Shown: positions 8,887-18,427 of the stretch, in pieces | How positions within the stretch are numbered: the first letter of the stretch is position 1 | Layout of the letters: every line of letters starts with the position of its first letter | DNA from: Candidatus Woesearchaeota archaeon | GTDB taxonomy: Archaea; Nanobdellota; Nanobdellia; Woesearchaeales; JABGXB01 | Direction of reading: 5' to 3' | Assembly (NCBI GenBank): GCA_018675975.1 | Contig: JABGXB010000002.1 | Span: 504,098-568,097 of the forward strand | Length of the DNA: 64,000 nucleotides | Made by a program: the position numbers and the translations under genes | The notes under the pieces: model-generated | The model's database searches: none | What the model saw: only the letters and a program-made list of their open reading frames with translations | Told to the model about the DNA's origin: nothing

Positions 8887-10681
8887 AGTATATTTGTGTA
8901 TTTTCACCAAATAATTTTTCTAAAGATTCAATGAATTCTTTATTTATTTTTGGTTTGTTTTTTATTTGAAAAGAATCTACTTGTTTTTCATATTCTTCTA
9001 TATTACTTTTTTCTGTTTTATCAAATCCACCATTTTTATTTAATTTGGCTTTTAGCACTGTTTGATTTTTATTGTCTTCTAAAAATAATATGAATATATT
9101 TTGATCAAAAATATTAATAACTCCACTTTTATTTTTACTAATTACATTTATTTTGATTTGATCTAAGTCTTTTCCTTTTTTTTTCTCTATAAAATCTATG
9201 AATTCTTTAAATAAATCTGAAAAATTATTTTTTATTTTTGAAATTATGTCTGCAGTTAAAGTTCTGTTTTTATTTTCAAATATATATTTTAATTTTGTAA
9301 ATAGGTTTTTTTTTATTTGACCTGTATTAATTAATTCTTCTTCAAATGTTTTTAAAATATCTTCTTCTTTAATTTTTTTAATTCCTGATAATTTTAATAT
9401 GTCTCTTGTTAATGAAGTTGTTGTGTCAAATAAATCAGTTATATTTTCTTTTTCTTTTATGTTTTCAATTTCTTTATATAATAATTTTATTCTTTCTAAA
9501 TACTCTTTGGAATCATTTAATAATTTTTGAATTTCTTGTCCACTTACTTTTTTAATTTCTCCATGTTCTATTGATTTTCTAATTTTTAATACATTTTTTA
9601 ATGTGTCTAAATATTTCTTTTCTAATAATTTTTCTTTTTTTACAAAAATCTCTTCCATTAATTTAACAGTTTCACTTGGTGCTGGTGGGGTAAGTCCCAT
9701 TAACATTAGAGCTGCTTGTGATGGTGAGTGTATTGCCCAAAAAAAATCTTCTACTGCAATTTCTTTTAATTTATTTTCTGCTCTATCTAAAAAACCTTGT
9801 CCAACGTGCATTAATTGTTCAATTGCTTCTTTACTTGGTTTAATTTTTCCTTTTTTTAATAATTGTTTCCAAGGTAAAAATAATCCTCTGTCATATAAAG
9901 AAATTCCATCTCTTAATAATGTAAAATAAATTGGATTCGCATCCCTTAGTCCTTCCCAGAAATCAGATAATAAATATGTTTGAATATTAATTGGAGTTTT
10001 TACTCCTGTTTTTTCTGCTGCTTCAAATGACATTTGATGTATTATAACACTTAATTTTTCTTTTAATTCATATCTTGGCATTCTTTTAACATCTGTATCA
10101 TCTACTATAATCCAAATGTCTATATCACTTTTTTTATTGGCTTTTCCAGTTACTAATGAACCTGAAAGTACATAGCTTACTATATATTTTTCAAATTTTT
10201 GTAAAACTAAATATTTGTGTAAATTTGTAACTTTTAATGTATTTAATAACCATTTATCATAAATTACTGCACTAACTGCTAATATGTCTACAAATTCTCT
10301 TCGACCTTCAAGGCAGCTTTGCCATAATTCACTAATTAAAATTGTTTGAATGGAAAAATCTTTATCAATTTCTTGTCCAATTTTATTAATTATTGTATTT
10401 ATTTTTTTATTTAATTCAATACTTTCTGCTTCTTTTGAATCTGAATCATCTACTACTACTACAATATTATGTTTGTTTTTTAATTCGTCAATTTTTTGTT
10501 TCATTTCTTGGGCATTATTTTGATCTAGTTTCATTTCTTGATCTAAATTTGGAGGTGGTAATAATGCAATAGAAATAATATATTTGTCAAATTGGTCTAA
10601 TATTTTTTTTGAAAATTTATCTAATTTTTTTTTAATTTTAGATAGTTTTTCTTCCATATTTGCTTCCATATTCATATTCAA
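8879..10681 (-). CDS. Nucleotidyltransferase-domain protein with HEPN-like domain
   Basis: GS-x9-SDIDI Pol-beta NTase motif; helical region with QAALM and RKSIEH (Rx4H). Confidence 0.75.
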   Translation of the reverse strand: MNMNMEANMEEKLSKIKKKLDKFSKKILDQFDKYIISIALLPPPNLDQEMKLDQNNAQEMKQKIDELKNKHNIVVVVDDSDSKEAESIELNKKINTIINKIGQEIDKDFSIQTILISELWQSCLEGRREFVDILAVSAVIYDKWLLNTLKVTNLHKYLVLQKFEKYIVSYVLSGSLVTGKANKKSDIDIWIIVDDTDVKRMPRYELKEKLSVIIHQMSFEAAEKTGVKTPINIQTYLLSDFWEGLRDANPIYFTLLRDGISLYDRGLFLPWKQLLKKGKIKPSKEAIEQLMHVGQGFLDRAENKLKEIAVEDFFWAIHSPSQAALMLMGLTPPAPSETVKLMEEIFVKKEKLLEKKYLDTLKNVLKIRKSIEHGEIKKVSGQEIQKLLNDSKEYLERIKLLYKEIENIKEKENITDLFDTTTSLTRDILKLSGIKKIKEEDILKTFEEELINTGQIKKNLFTKLKYIFENKNRTLTADIISKIKNNFSDLFKEFIDFIEKKKGKDLDQIKINVISKNKSGVINIFDQNIFILFLEDNKNQTVLKAKLNKNGGFDKTEKSNIEEYEKQVDSFQIKNKPKINKEFIESLEKLFGENTQIYFN

Positions 10682-10868
10682 CCATATGATGATTATAAAC
10701 CCTTTGACTCAAAATATGGGTTATTTTAACAAAAATGTGTGACATTCAAATCAAAATTAACCTTTTTTGTCATTTGGGTGTTACAAAAATTAACAAAGTT
10801 TATAAAAGAGGTTTTAAATGGCCTTGAAATTCGATATATTTTTAAATGTGTTAAGTTAATTACCTATT

Positions 10869-11042
10869 ATGGGTCGTAAAAAAAAAAGTCAATTAACTGG
10901 TTCTGCAGGTGTATTTTTTAAGCGAATTTCACCAAAAAAGCAAAAATTAGCTGAACCTGAGAGAGATGAAATTAAAGTTGAGATTATAGTACAAGAAGAA
11001 AAACTTTGGAAAAAAACACCCGAATGGAGGCCATTAATTTGA
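10869..11042 (+). CDS. Small basic hypothetical protein, 57 aa (not in ORF track)
   Basis: Manual translation MGRKKKSQLTGSAGVFFKRISPKKQKLAEPERDEIKVEIIVQEEKLWKKTPEWRPLI; TTTAAA box upstream; overlaps start of the next gene. Confidence 0.5.
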   Translation: MGRKKKSQLTGSAGVFFKRISPKKQKLAEPERDEIKVEIIVQEEKLWKKTPEWRPLI

Positions 11043-11335
11043 AATCTTTTAAATTATTTATATTAGTATTAGTTTTAGCATTAGTTGTATTATTAGGTGC
11101 ATATTTTAATATTAATTCAATTGATTTTGTAAGAGAGCATGAAAATGGTTTTGAATATTCAAACAATTTTGAAATTGAAACTATTGATATTGTTGAAAAT
11201 ACAGATATTGAAAATCCTTGTTTATGTCCTGAACGATATGATCCCGTTTGTGGTCGAGATGGTATAACGTATCCAAATATTTGTTTTGCAGAATGTAAAA
11301 ATATTCCAATTGTAAGACAAGAAATTTGTAATTAA
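11024..11335 (+). CDS. Membrane-anchored Kazal-type serine protease inhibitor domain protein
   Basis: N-terminal hydrophobic segment; CLCPERYDPVCGRDGITYPNICFAEC Kazal signature. Confidence 0.85.
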   Translation: MEAINLKSFKLFILVLVLALVVLLGAYFNINSIDFVREHENGFEYSNNFEIETIDIVENTDIENPCLCPERYDPVCGRDGITYPNICFAECKNIPIVRQEICN

Positions 11336-11823
11336 TTATTTATTTTATTTAAAGAACATATCATTATGTCACCATTTTGAGTTTTTGACATATTGTTAAT
11401 TAATTTATTTAATATTTTTTGTTCATCAATTAATTTATGAAATTTTTTAATTAATCTTGGTTCATCATATTTTTTAGAAATGAAGTTTTTTAATTTTTTA
11501 TTTTTGTTTTTAATTTTTTTTATTTCATCAATAAATAAATTTATTTCTGGTGAATATAAAAATCCAAAGGCCCCATCACAATATCCATTAACATCTAAAT
11601 AATTTTTTAATTTTAATGGCAGCATACCATCTAAATTTCTTTTAGTTAATAAATTTACAACAATTGGTAAATAGTCATTTTCAGTTTTTAAAAATTCAGG
11701 TAAACAATATCTAATAAACGAAAATGTTTCAAATTCCATGGATGTAATTGTATGATTATTAGCTTGTTCAAATTCTTCTATTTCAGAATCATTTTTAATT
11801 GTTGTAATTTTTGTTTGAATCAT
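11332..11823 (-). CDS. Hypothetical protein
   Basis: 163-aa ORF overlapping the stop of the upstream gene (ATGA). Confidence 0.6.
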   Translation of the reverse strand: MIQTKITTIKNDSEIEEFEQANNHTITSMEFETFSFIRYCLPEFLKTENDYLPIVVNLLTKRNLDGMLPLKLKNYLDVNGYCDGAFGFLYSPEINLFIDEIKKIKNKNKKLKNFISKKYDEPRLIKKFHKLIDEQKILNKLINNMSKTQNGDIMICSLNKINN

Positions 11824-12191
11824 CTAAATGTACACCCTGAAAATTCAGCTAAGTTTGTTAAGGATTGTGTTCCTAATAATTTGGAACTTAAATCATTATC
11901 TTTAACCCATTGTGGGTAGCTGCTAACTTCTGCTCTTGCGCATAAGTCTCTGCTTTTATCACAATCAATAAATGTTATATGTTCAATTGCTGATTTAAAC
12001 ATTTCTTTTTGTCTTTTACAATGAGGGCACCATTCTGTTCCATACATAATTACATTATTTTCAGTTAAGCATTTTGCAAAAGATATTAATTCTTGACTTG
12101 CAGATTCAGGTTTATTTAAATTATACATAATTAATGTTAATAATATTAATCCTAGAAATATAAAAATTAAATGTTTTGTTATTTTATTCAT
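11820..12191 (-). CDS. Exported thioredoxin/glutaredoxin-like protein
   Basis: Signal anchor; MYGTEWCPHC CxxC, YP cis-Pro motif and extra Cys pairs. Confidence 0.85.
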   Translation of the reverse strand: MNKITKHLIFIFLGLILLTLIMYNLNKPESASQELISFAKCLTENNVIMYGTEWCPHCKRQKEMFKSAIEHITFIDCDKSRDLCARAEVSSYPQWVKDNDLSSKLLGTQSLTNLAEFSGCTFR

Positions 12192-12225
12192 AATTTTTAT
12201 TTTTTTTACACTTTTATAAAAGTTA

Positions 12226-13233
12226 TTAATTTTGATTATCTAATACCCATTTTTTTAAATTAGATTGTATAAATTTTTTTAAGTCTTCAAATTCTGTTAT
12301 TAATTTATATTTAATTTTTTTACTTTTATACAATTTTTTAAAGTCTTCAATTGTTTGATTCTCAATTAAATCTTGTTTTGAAGTGTATGCGGTAATATTT
12401 TTACTATATTCTTCATTTTTTTCTAATAATTTAAATTGATCTTCTATACTATAGCTTGATTCAGTTAAGTCAAAAATAAATAAAACTTGATTAGCTAAAT
12501 ATTCTAATGCTAAGTTTGCATGTATTTCAATTTTATTTGCTTTATTTGGTCTTATTAAAGTTCCAGGTGTATCTACAAATTGAATTTTTCCATATATTGA
12601 ATCAATTATTCCTGCATTAATTTTTTTTGTTGTAAATGCATAATTTTTAATTTCTGGTTTTGATTTTGTTATTTTATATAATAATGTGGATTTCCCCACA
12701 TTTGGAAATCCAGAAATACAAATTGTAAATAATTTTGTTTTTACTGCAGGAAATTTTTTCATATGAAATCTACATTTTTCAATATATTCAAATTCTTTTT
12801 TTGTTTGTTTTATTATTGAATTAATTCTACCTAAATATGATTTAAATATTAAATTTAATTCTTCTCTATTTTTTTTTCTACCTAATTGCATTAATTTTTC
12901 AAATGTGATTTTTTCAATTGTTTCAAAACTCCATTTAACTGCACCCAGACTTTTTTTTAACTTATTATAGTCTAATTCTAATATAATTAATTCTCTATAA
13001 AATAAATGTAATTGATCTATGTTTGGGAATGATTCTACGATGTTTTTTAAATATTTTTTAAAATCACCATTTATTGTTTTAATTTTATAATCATTTAATT
13101 TTTTTAATTTTGAAATATATCCTAGTTTATCTATTTTTTTTTTAATTATGCTACGATTTTTTTTAATTTTTTTTAATGCTAGGTCAAATATTTCCTGTAA
13201 TGGCCTTATTATTTGTAATTTATCAAATTCCAT
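12226..13233 (-). CDS. NOG1-family GTPase
   Basis: Helical N-domain; GFPNVGKST, YAFTT and DTPG motifs. Confidence 0.9.
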   Translation of the reverse strand: MEFDKLQIIRPLQEIFDLALKKIKKNRSIIKKKIDKLGYISKLKKLNDYKIKTINGDFKKYLKNIVESFPNIDQLHLFYRELIILELDYNKLKKSLGAVKWSFETIEKITFEKLMQLGRKKNREELNLIFKSYLGRINSIIKQTKKEFEYIEKCRFHMKKFPAVKTKLFTICISGFPNVGKSTLLYKITKSKPEIKNYAFTTKKINAGIIDSIYGKIQFVDTPGTLIRPNKANKIEIHANLALEYLANQVLFIFDLTESSYSIEDQFKLLEKNEEYSKNITAYTSKQDLIENQTIEDFKKLYKSKKIKYKLITEFEDLKKFIQSNLKKWVLDNQN

Positions 13234-13270
13234 AATTCCCCTATTTTTTATTTAATTATAAATACTCTGT

Positions 13271-13663
13271 TTACTCTAATTCCTTTTTCCATAGGTCACA
13301 TATTTTATTCATATTATCAATAAATTCTATACTTAATCTATATTTTTTATCATATAAACCTAAATTTACTAATCCCATATTTATCATAACTTTAAGAATT
13401 CTTGAATAAAATTGTTTTCTATTATATTTTAATTCTTTAATATTAAATTTTATTTTATTTTTTATTTCATAATATTCATTACCTAATAGATTTAATTTCC
13501 CTGTATTTAAAAGATCGGCAAAATGTGAAATTTCTTTTTTTGATACATATTTTTTATTTTTTAAATATTCTATTAGAACCTTTACAACTTTTCTCTGTGT
13601 TTCTAATTGAAATATTATATCAATTATATTTGTAATTTCATTTGAATTAAAATTAATAGTCAT
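13271..13663 (-). CDS. Hypothetical protein, possible winged helix
   Basis: 130-aa ORF; FYSRILKVMINMGLV...YRLS resembles a recognition helix plus wing. Confidence 0.55.
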   Translation of the reverse strand: MTINFNSNEITNIIDIIFQLETQRKVVKVLIEYLKNKKYVSKKEISHFADLLNTGKLNLLGNEYYEIKNKIKFNIKELKYNRKQFYSRILKVMINMGLVNLGLYDKKYRLSIEFIDNMNKICDLWKKELE

Positions 13664-13699
13664 ATAATTATTATAAAATTACTTTTTAAAAAACTTAAC

Positions 13700-14575
13700 T
13701 TATTTTTTTTTAATTTCTTTTATTAATGTATCAGTAATATCAATTTTATTTGTATTATGTTCTATTGTATTTACTGTAAATATATTATTAAAATGTTTTT
13801 TCATTTTTTTTAATGCATTTTCTACAAAAAGTCCATGAATCCCCACACAACTTACTGATTTTGCACCTAATTTTTTAGCTTTAATTGCTGCTTTTATCAT
13901 TGTATTTCCTGTACTTATTATATCATCAACAATAATAACATTCTTGCCTTTTATTGGAATTTCTTTTACTAATTTAACATCTACATCTCTATATGAGTGT
14001 CTTGTTTTTTCTAAACATGTTGATTGTGTTTTTGCGATTTTTGCAATTTCATCAGCCCATTGATAACTTTCCCAATCTGGTCCCATTATAACTTCATTTT
14101 TAAAATTTTTTTCAATAAAATTACCTATTGCCTGATTTGCAGTTAATCTTTTTGATTTTATTTTAAAAATATCTGACATTTTTCTAATTCTGTGTAAATG
14201 TGGATCTACTGTAATTATTTTATCAACTGAATTATTAATTAATTCTGACATTATTTTTGCATTTATTGCTTCCCCACTATTAAATCTTTTATCTTGTCTC
14301 ATAAATGCTAAATATGGAGCAACCAATATTATTTGTTTTGCCCCTAAATCTTTTGCAGTTTTTCCTGCAAAAACTATATTATATAATGCTTCATTAGAAT
14401 TTGGTTGAAATGATTCAACTATAATTAATTTTTTATTTTTTATTTCTGATTTATATCTCAAATAAATATCTCCATCTGGAAATGTTTTTATTTCTGTTTC
14501 TATGTATTTACATTTTAATTTTTTTGCAATTAGATTTGCAGTTTTTGAAGAATTTTTTAAACTTGTAATTATCAT
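13700..14575 (-). CDS. prs: Ribose-phosphate pyrophosphokinase
   Basis: FPDGD, PYLAFMRQD, VDPH and VDDIISTGNT motifs. Confidence 0.95.
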   Translation of the reverse strand: MIITSLKNSSKTANLIAKKLKCKYIETEIKTFPDGDIYLRYKSEIKNKKLIIVESFQPNSNEALYNIVFAGKTAKDLGAKQIILVAPYLAFMRQDKRFNSGEAINAKIMSELINNSVDKIITVDPHLHRIRKMSDIFKIKSKRLTANQAIGNFIEKNFKNEVIMGPDWESYQWADEIAKIAKTQSTCLEKTRHSYRDVDVKLVKEIPIKGKNVIIVDDIISTGNTMIKAAIKAKKLGAKSVSCVGIHGLFVENALKKMKKHFNNIFTVNTIEHNTNKIDITDTLIKEIKKK

Positions 14576-14652
14576 ATAATAAAATGGTTATTTTTGTTTT
14601 ATATATTTTGTGTAGAATATAAGTTTATAATAATTTAATTTATATTTTGTTT

Positions 14653-15072
14653 ATGGTTTTAAATTTAATTAAATCAAAAAGTGAAGAATACTATTCATTA
14701 GGTAATTTTGAAAAACCTTATGATGATGATTTCTATAAAAAAATTAATAATAAACATGCTATACTTATTGCTAAATATACAATGGAAAAAATTCCTTTTG
14801 AGGTTGGTTCTCTAACTACTGAAACTTTAAATTTTTTTACAAAAAGTGAAGATTTAACTGATGTTTTATATCATCATTTAATGTTTAGTGTTGATTTTAC
14901 AAAAAAAGTTGATCTAAATAGACCTGTTAATAGATTTTTAAGATATAATAGATATTATCTTGATAAAAATCCTGGTGAGGTTGATGATTTTGAATTAGTA
15001 CAATTTGAACCTTGTATTTTAGATAAAATAAAATTCCTGCCTGATTATATTAGAGATGTAGTTGGATTATAA
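14653..15072 (+). CDS. Hypothetical protein (orphan-like)
   Basis: ORF with upstream TTTATAA box; ATG at 14653. Confidence 0.6.
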   Translation: MVLNLIKSKSEEYYSLGNFEKPYDDDFYKKINNKHAILIAKYTMEKIPFEVGSLTTETLNFFTKSEDLTDVLYHHLMFSVDFTKKVDLNRPVNRFLRYNRYYLDKNPGEVDDFELVQFEPCILDKIKFLPDYIRDVVGL

Positions 15073-15098
15073 AAATAATTAATAAAAAAAATAAAAAA

Positions 15099-16658
15099 TT
15101 AATTTAATCCCATTTCTGTAATTAAATTTTCAAATACTTCATATGGTACTGCTCCAGAAATTAAAACTCCATTAACAAAAAATGCAGGTGTTCCAGACAC
15201 TCCTAATTTAGCACCATTTGTCATACCATCATTAACATATTTTGCTTTTTCTGAACTACTTAAACAAGTATTAAATAATTCTGTATCAAGTCCTAAATCT
15301 ACTGCATGTTGTTTTAAATCATTAATTGAAAGTCTTTTAGTTTCAAAAAGTACGTCATGAAATTCCCAAAATTTATTTTGATCTCTTGCACATTGTGCGG
15401 CTTCAGATGCTTTAAATGCGTTTGGATGTATTTGAACTAAAGGAAAATCACCAAATGCTAATTTAGCTTTACCTGTTTCAATTAAATTTGTTTTAATATC
15501 TTTTACAACTTCATTATATGCTTTTGAACAAAAAGGACATTCAAAATCTGAAAATTCCAATATTGTTATTGGTGCATTTTCATCTCCTAATACTGGATAT
15601 TCTGAAATATCAATTTCATTTAATATTTGTAATGGTGCTCCAACTCTATCAAGTGCAAATACATAATATTCTCCATTTTGATCAAATACTTGTGATAGTT
15701 TTTGATAATTTGATGTATCAACTAAATTTTGATCGAAAAGCATTGCAGGTACAGTTTCAATACCAAGTTCATTTAATAATTGTTGACTTGTTTGGCTATC
15801 TACTCTTTCAATTTCTAATGTTGGAAATAATTCAAGTAATGCTGTTTCAATTTGTTCTGTATCACAAACATAACAATTTTCTATTGTTAATAATTTCATA
15901 CTAAGTTGTGGATCGTCAGTTATTTGTTTTGGTTCAACAACTTCTTGACCTTTTGCTGCATTTATTTTTTGTAACATTTCTTCATAAGGTAAATTTCCTA
16001 CACTTAATTGACCATTAATTGTAAATGATGGTGTTCCAGATACTCCAACTAATTGTGCTTCACTAAAATCTGCATCTACTTTGTTTGAATATTTTTCTGT
16101 TTCAATACATGAATTAAAGTCTTCCATATTTAATTCAAAATTTGAAGCTAATTCAATATATAATTCACTACCTAAACTTCTTTGATTTTCAAAAAGTGCA
16201 TCGTGATATTCCCAAAATTTATTTTGTTCTCTTGCACACTCACTTGCTAATGCTGCACTTCTTGCATTTGGATGTATGTCTAATGGAAAGTGTTTATATT
16301 CAAATTCAACTTGATCACCCAATTCTTCTCTTATTCTTTTTGCAGTTGGTGCAAAACTTGCACAGTAAGGGCATTCAAAATCTGAATACTCTATAATTTT
16401 AATCTTGCCTTCAAAAACAGCTTGATTATTATTATTATTATTTGTATTTTCAATGCTGGCGGGATTGATTGGATTAAATGTAACAAATACTAATGCAATT
16501 AAAAGTACTGCAGAAACTATTTGCCATGTTAATACATCTTTTTTTAAATCTTTTTTAGTTTCATGATTTTCATTTGAATGATCATGCTTATGATGATGTT
16601 CATGATGAACTTTATTCTCATGTGTTTCTTTATGTTTTTCAGAATTATCTTCACTCAT
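15099..16658 (-). CDS. Membrane-anchored multi-domain DsbA-family oxidoreductase
   Basis: His-rich N-tail, TM helix, two DsbA domains (DFECPYC and DFECPFC, each with GTP motif) and a middle CYVC domain. Confidence 0.9.
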   Translation of the reverse strand: MSEDNSEKHKETHENKVHHEHHHKHDHSNENHETKKDLKKDVLTWQIVSAVLLIALVFVTFNPINPASIENTNNNNNNQAVFEGKIKIIEYSDFECPYCASFAPTAKRIREELGDQVEFEYKHFPLDIHPNARSAALASECAREQNKFWEYHDALFENQRSLGSELYIELASNFELNMEDFNSCIETEKYSNKVDADFSEAQLVGVSGTPSFTINGQLSVGNLPYEEMLQKINAAKGQEVVEPKQITDDPQLSMKLLTIENCYVCDTEQIETALLELFPTLEIERVDSQTSQQLLNELGIETVPAMLFDQNLVDTSNYQKLSQVFDQNGEYYVFALDRVGAPLQILNEIDISEYPVLGDENAPITILEFSDFECPFCSKAYNEVVKDIKTNLIETGKAKLAFGDFPLVQIHPNAFKASEAAQCARDQNKFWEFHDVLFETKRLSINDLKQHAVDLGLDTELFNTCLSSSEKAKYVNDGMTNGAKLGVSGTPAFFVNGVLISGAVPYEVFENLITEMGLN

Positions 16659-16751
16659 TTTTTGACCTCTAATATATTTACAAAAATTTTAATTTATTTA
16701 TATATTTTGTGAATGGATTGTAATATTAATTTTTATAATAAAATATAAAAA

Positions 16752-16822
16752 CGCCGAGACTGGGATTTACAGAAAATCAAAGATTTTCTTATATTCGCAA
16801 TTTTATTGCTAACATGAACCCA
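16752..16822 (-). repeat. Duplicated 3' end of tRNA-Ser (T-arm + acceptor strand) interrupted by a 47-nt palindromic insertion
   Basis: 16752-16768 identical to 16871-16887; GAACCCA resumes at 16816 after insert 16769-16815. Confidence 0.75.
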
Positions 16823-16870
16823 AGGATTCAAATCCTTAATGTTTAGTTAGATTGAAATAAATATAAAATA

Positions 16871-16953
16871 CGCCGAGACTGGGATTTGAACCCAGAATCC
16901 CTTACGGGACAAGCTTTCCAGGCTTGCGCAATACCGGATTATGCGATCTCGGC
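16871..16953 (-). tRNA. tRNA-Ser(GGA)
   Basis: Cloverleaf GCCGAGA...TCTCGGCG; anticodon arm CAAGC-CTGGAAA-GCTTG; long variable arm; TTCAAAT T-loop; CCA not encoded. Confidence 0.95.
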
Positions 16954-16971
16954 AATCACATATATAAAATA

Positions 16972-17046
16972 TGCCACTAGAGGGATCTGAACCCTCGACC
17001 TCCAGATTATGAGTCTGGCGCTCTAACCAGGCTGAGCTACAGTGGC
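16972..17046 (-). tRNA. tRNA-Met(CAT), probably elongator
   Basis: GCCACTG...TAGTGGCA acceptor; CCAGA-CTCATAA-TCTGG anticodon arm; lacks initiator features. Confidence 0.9.
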
Positions 17047-17107
17047 TTATAATTTAGATGAAACGGTTCGATTTAAAATTGTTTTGTATAGAATAAGAAA
17101 TATTTAA

Positions 17108-17416
17108 TTAAATCATTTCAATTTCAATATTAAGACCTTCTGGAATTGGCACTCTCATAATCATTCTTAATGCTCTTTCTTCTAATCCAATATCTATTAA
17201 TCTTTTATGTACTCTCATTTCAAAATTATCAAAACTTGCTTTACCACGTCCTGCTGTACATTTTCTTGTAGTAACTTTAATTTTTCTAGTTGGTAGGGGA
17301 ATAGGACCTTTCATTGAAACTCCAGTTTTTTCTGCAATTTCTAAAATGTACGAACATGTCTGATTTATTTTTGCTATTTCAGTACACGTTAATTTGATTC
17401 TTGCTTTTTGTTGCAT
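17108..17416 (-). CDS. rps10: 30S ribosomal protein uS10
   Basis: KARIKL, GPIPLPT and MRVHKRLI motifs. Confidence 0.97.
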   Translation of the reverse strand: MQQKARIKLTCTEIAKINQTCSYILEIAEKTGVSMKGPIPLPTRKIKVTTRKCTAGRGKASFDNFEMRVHKRLIDIGLEERALRMIMRVPIPEGLNIEIEMI

Positions 17417-17557
17417 TTTATTCCTCTAGGTATCTCGGAATTTATTGCCATTTATAAATATATCTTCAGATTTATTTTAATAATTTTTACTTACTTATTT
17501 CATCCTATATTGTATATTTGCTATTATTTTTATAAATATTTAAGAATATTGTTTAGT

Positions 17558-18358
17558 ATGGAAGAGACAGGTCTGCCCTTAGCTGATTTTGATAAACCAA
17601 CATTGGAATCTATAGCAAAAATTGAGAATAGTCAAAACCAATTTAATAAGAAAAGAAGTGATTTAATTCAGCATTTATCAGAACAATTTCAATCATTGTA
17701 TTTCTCTTCAACTTATAATTGGAAAGCATTAAAAAAAGACACTATATTTTTTGCAGTTGAGGAAGAGAGTAGATTGGATGGATTGAAAAACTTTGGTGCA
17801 GAAGAAATTTTGGGAGAAGCTAAATATAAATTTATAAAAGATAATATGTATAGGTTGAAAGGAGAAAATAGAAATGTTTCTCCAATAACTATTCCGGCAT
17901 ATGGATATTTTATTGGTCTAGTAAAACAGAATGATTTATTTGATGAAGGTGTCAAATATAGTAATTTGAATTTAACAAAAAGTCATGCAGCTTTAATTTT
18001 TATGGGTGAGGGTATTCGAGTATTTCCTATTGTTTCTGCAAGGAGTATTCTTACGCTTGAAAAAAATCCTGATTTTACAACATTTATAAAAAAAGATACT
18101 CGAGATGATTTTTATTATAAATCTTCTACTCCTGATTCGTGGCCTCCATCATCGGATGTATTTTCATGGGATAAACAATTTACAAGTGATGCAAGTTATA
18201 TAAGACACTCAAAACTTGTATTTAATGATTTAATTAAACGGGTTGTAGGTGGGAATGATAGAGTATTTCCAAATCCTGAATTGGTTATGGCGCATAATAA
18301 AAGATTTAGTATTAGATTGGAAAAACTTGAATGTTATTTTAAAGAATATTTAAGTTAG
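17558..18358 (+). CDS. Hypothetical protein (orphan, antisense insertion between tuf and rps10)
   Basis: 266-aa ORF from ATG 17558 with TTTATAAATA box upstream; the track's longer start overlaps rps10. Confidence 0.65.
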   Translation: MEETGLPLADFDKPTLESIAKIENSQNQFNKKRSDLIQHLSEQFQSLYFSSTYNWKALKKDTIFFAVEEESRLDGLKNFGAEEILGEAKYKFIKDNMYRLKGENRNVSPITIPAYGYFIGLVKQNDLFDEGVKYSNLNLTKSHAALIFMGEGIRVFPIVSARSILTLEKNPDFTTFIKKDTRDDFYYKSSTPDSWPPSSDVFSWDKQFTSDASYIRHSKLVFNDLIKRVVGGNDRVFPNPELVMAHNKRFSIRLEKLECYFKEYLS

Positions 18359-18427
18359 ATGTATTATTTTTACTTTGAATTATTAAGAATTAAAATTATA
18401 AAAAAAATAAAAAATTAAATAGTTGAA

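Noticed and set aside
13700..14575. prs as part of an AMP phosphorylase / RuBisCO nucleoside pathway
   Set aside because: The partner genes are not in this window, so it cannot be supported here
16752..16887. attL/attR of an integrated virus or plasmid at tRNA-Ser
   Set aside because: The two copies are only ~120 bp apart with no integrase or cargo; retained only as a relic/insert finding
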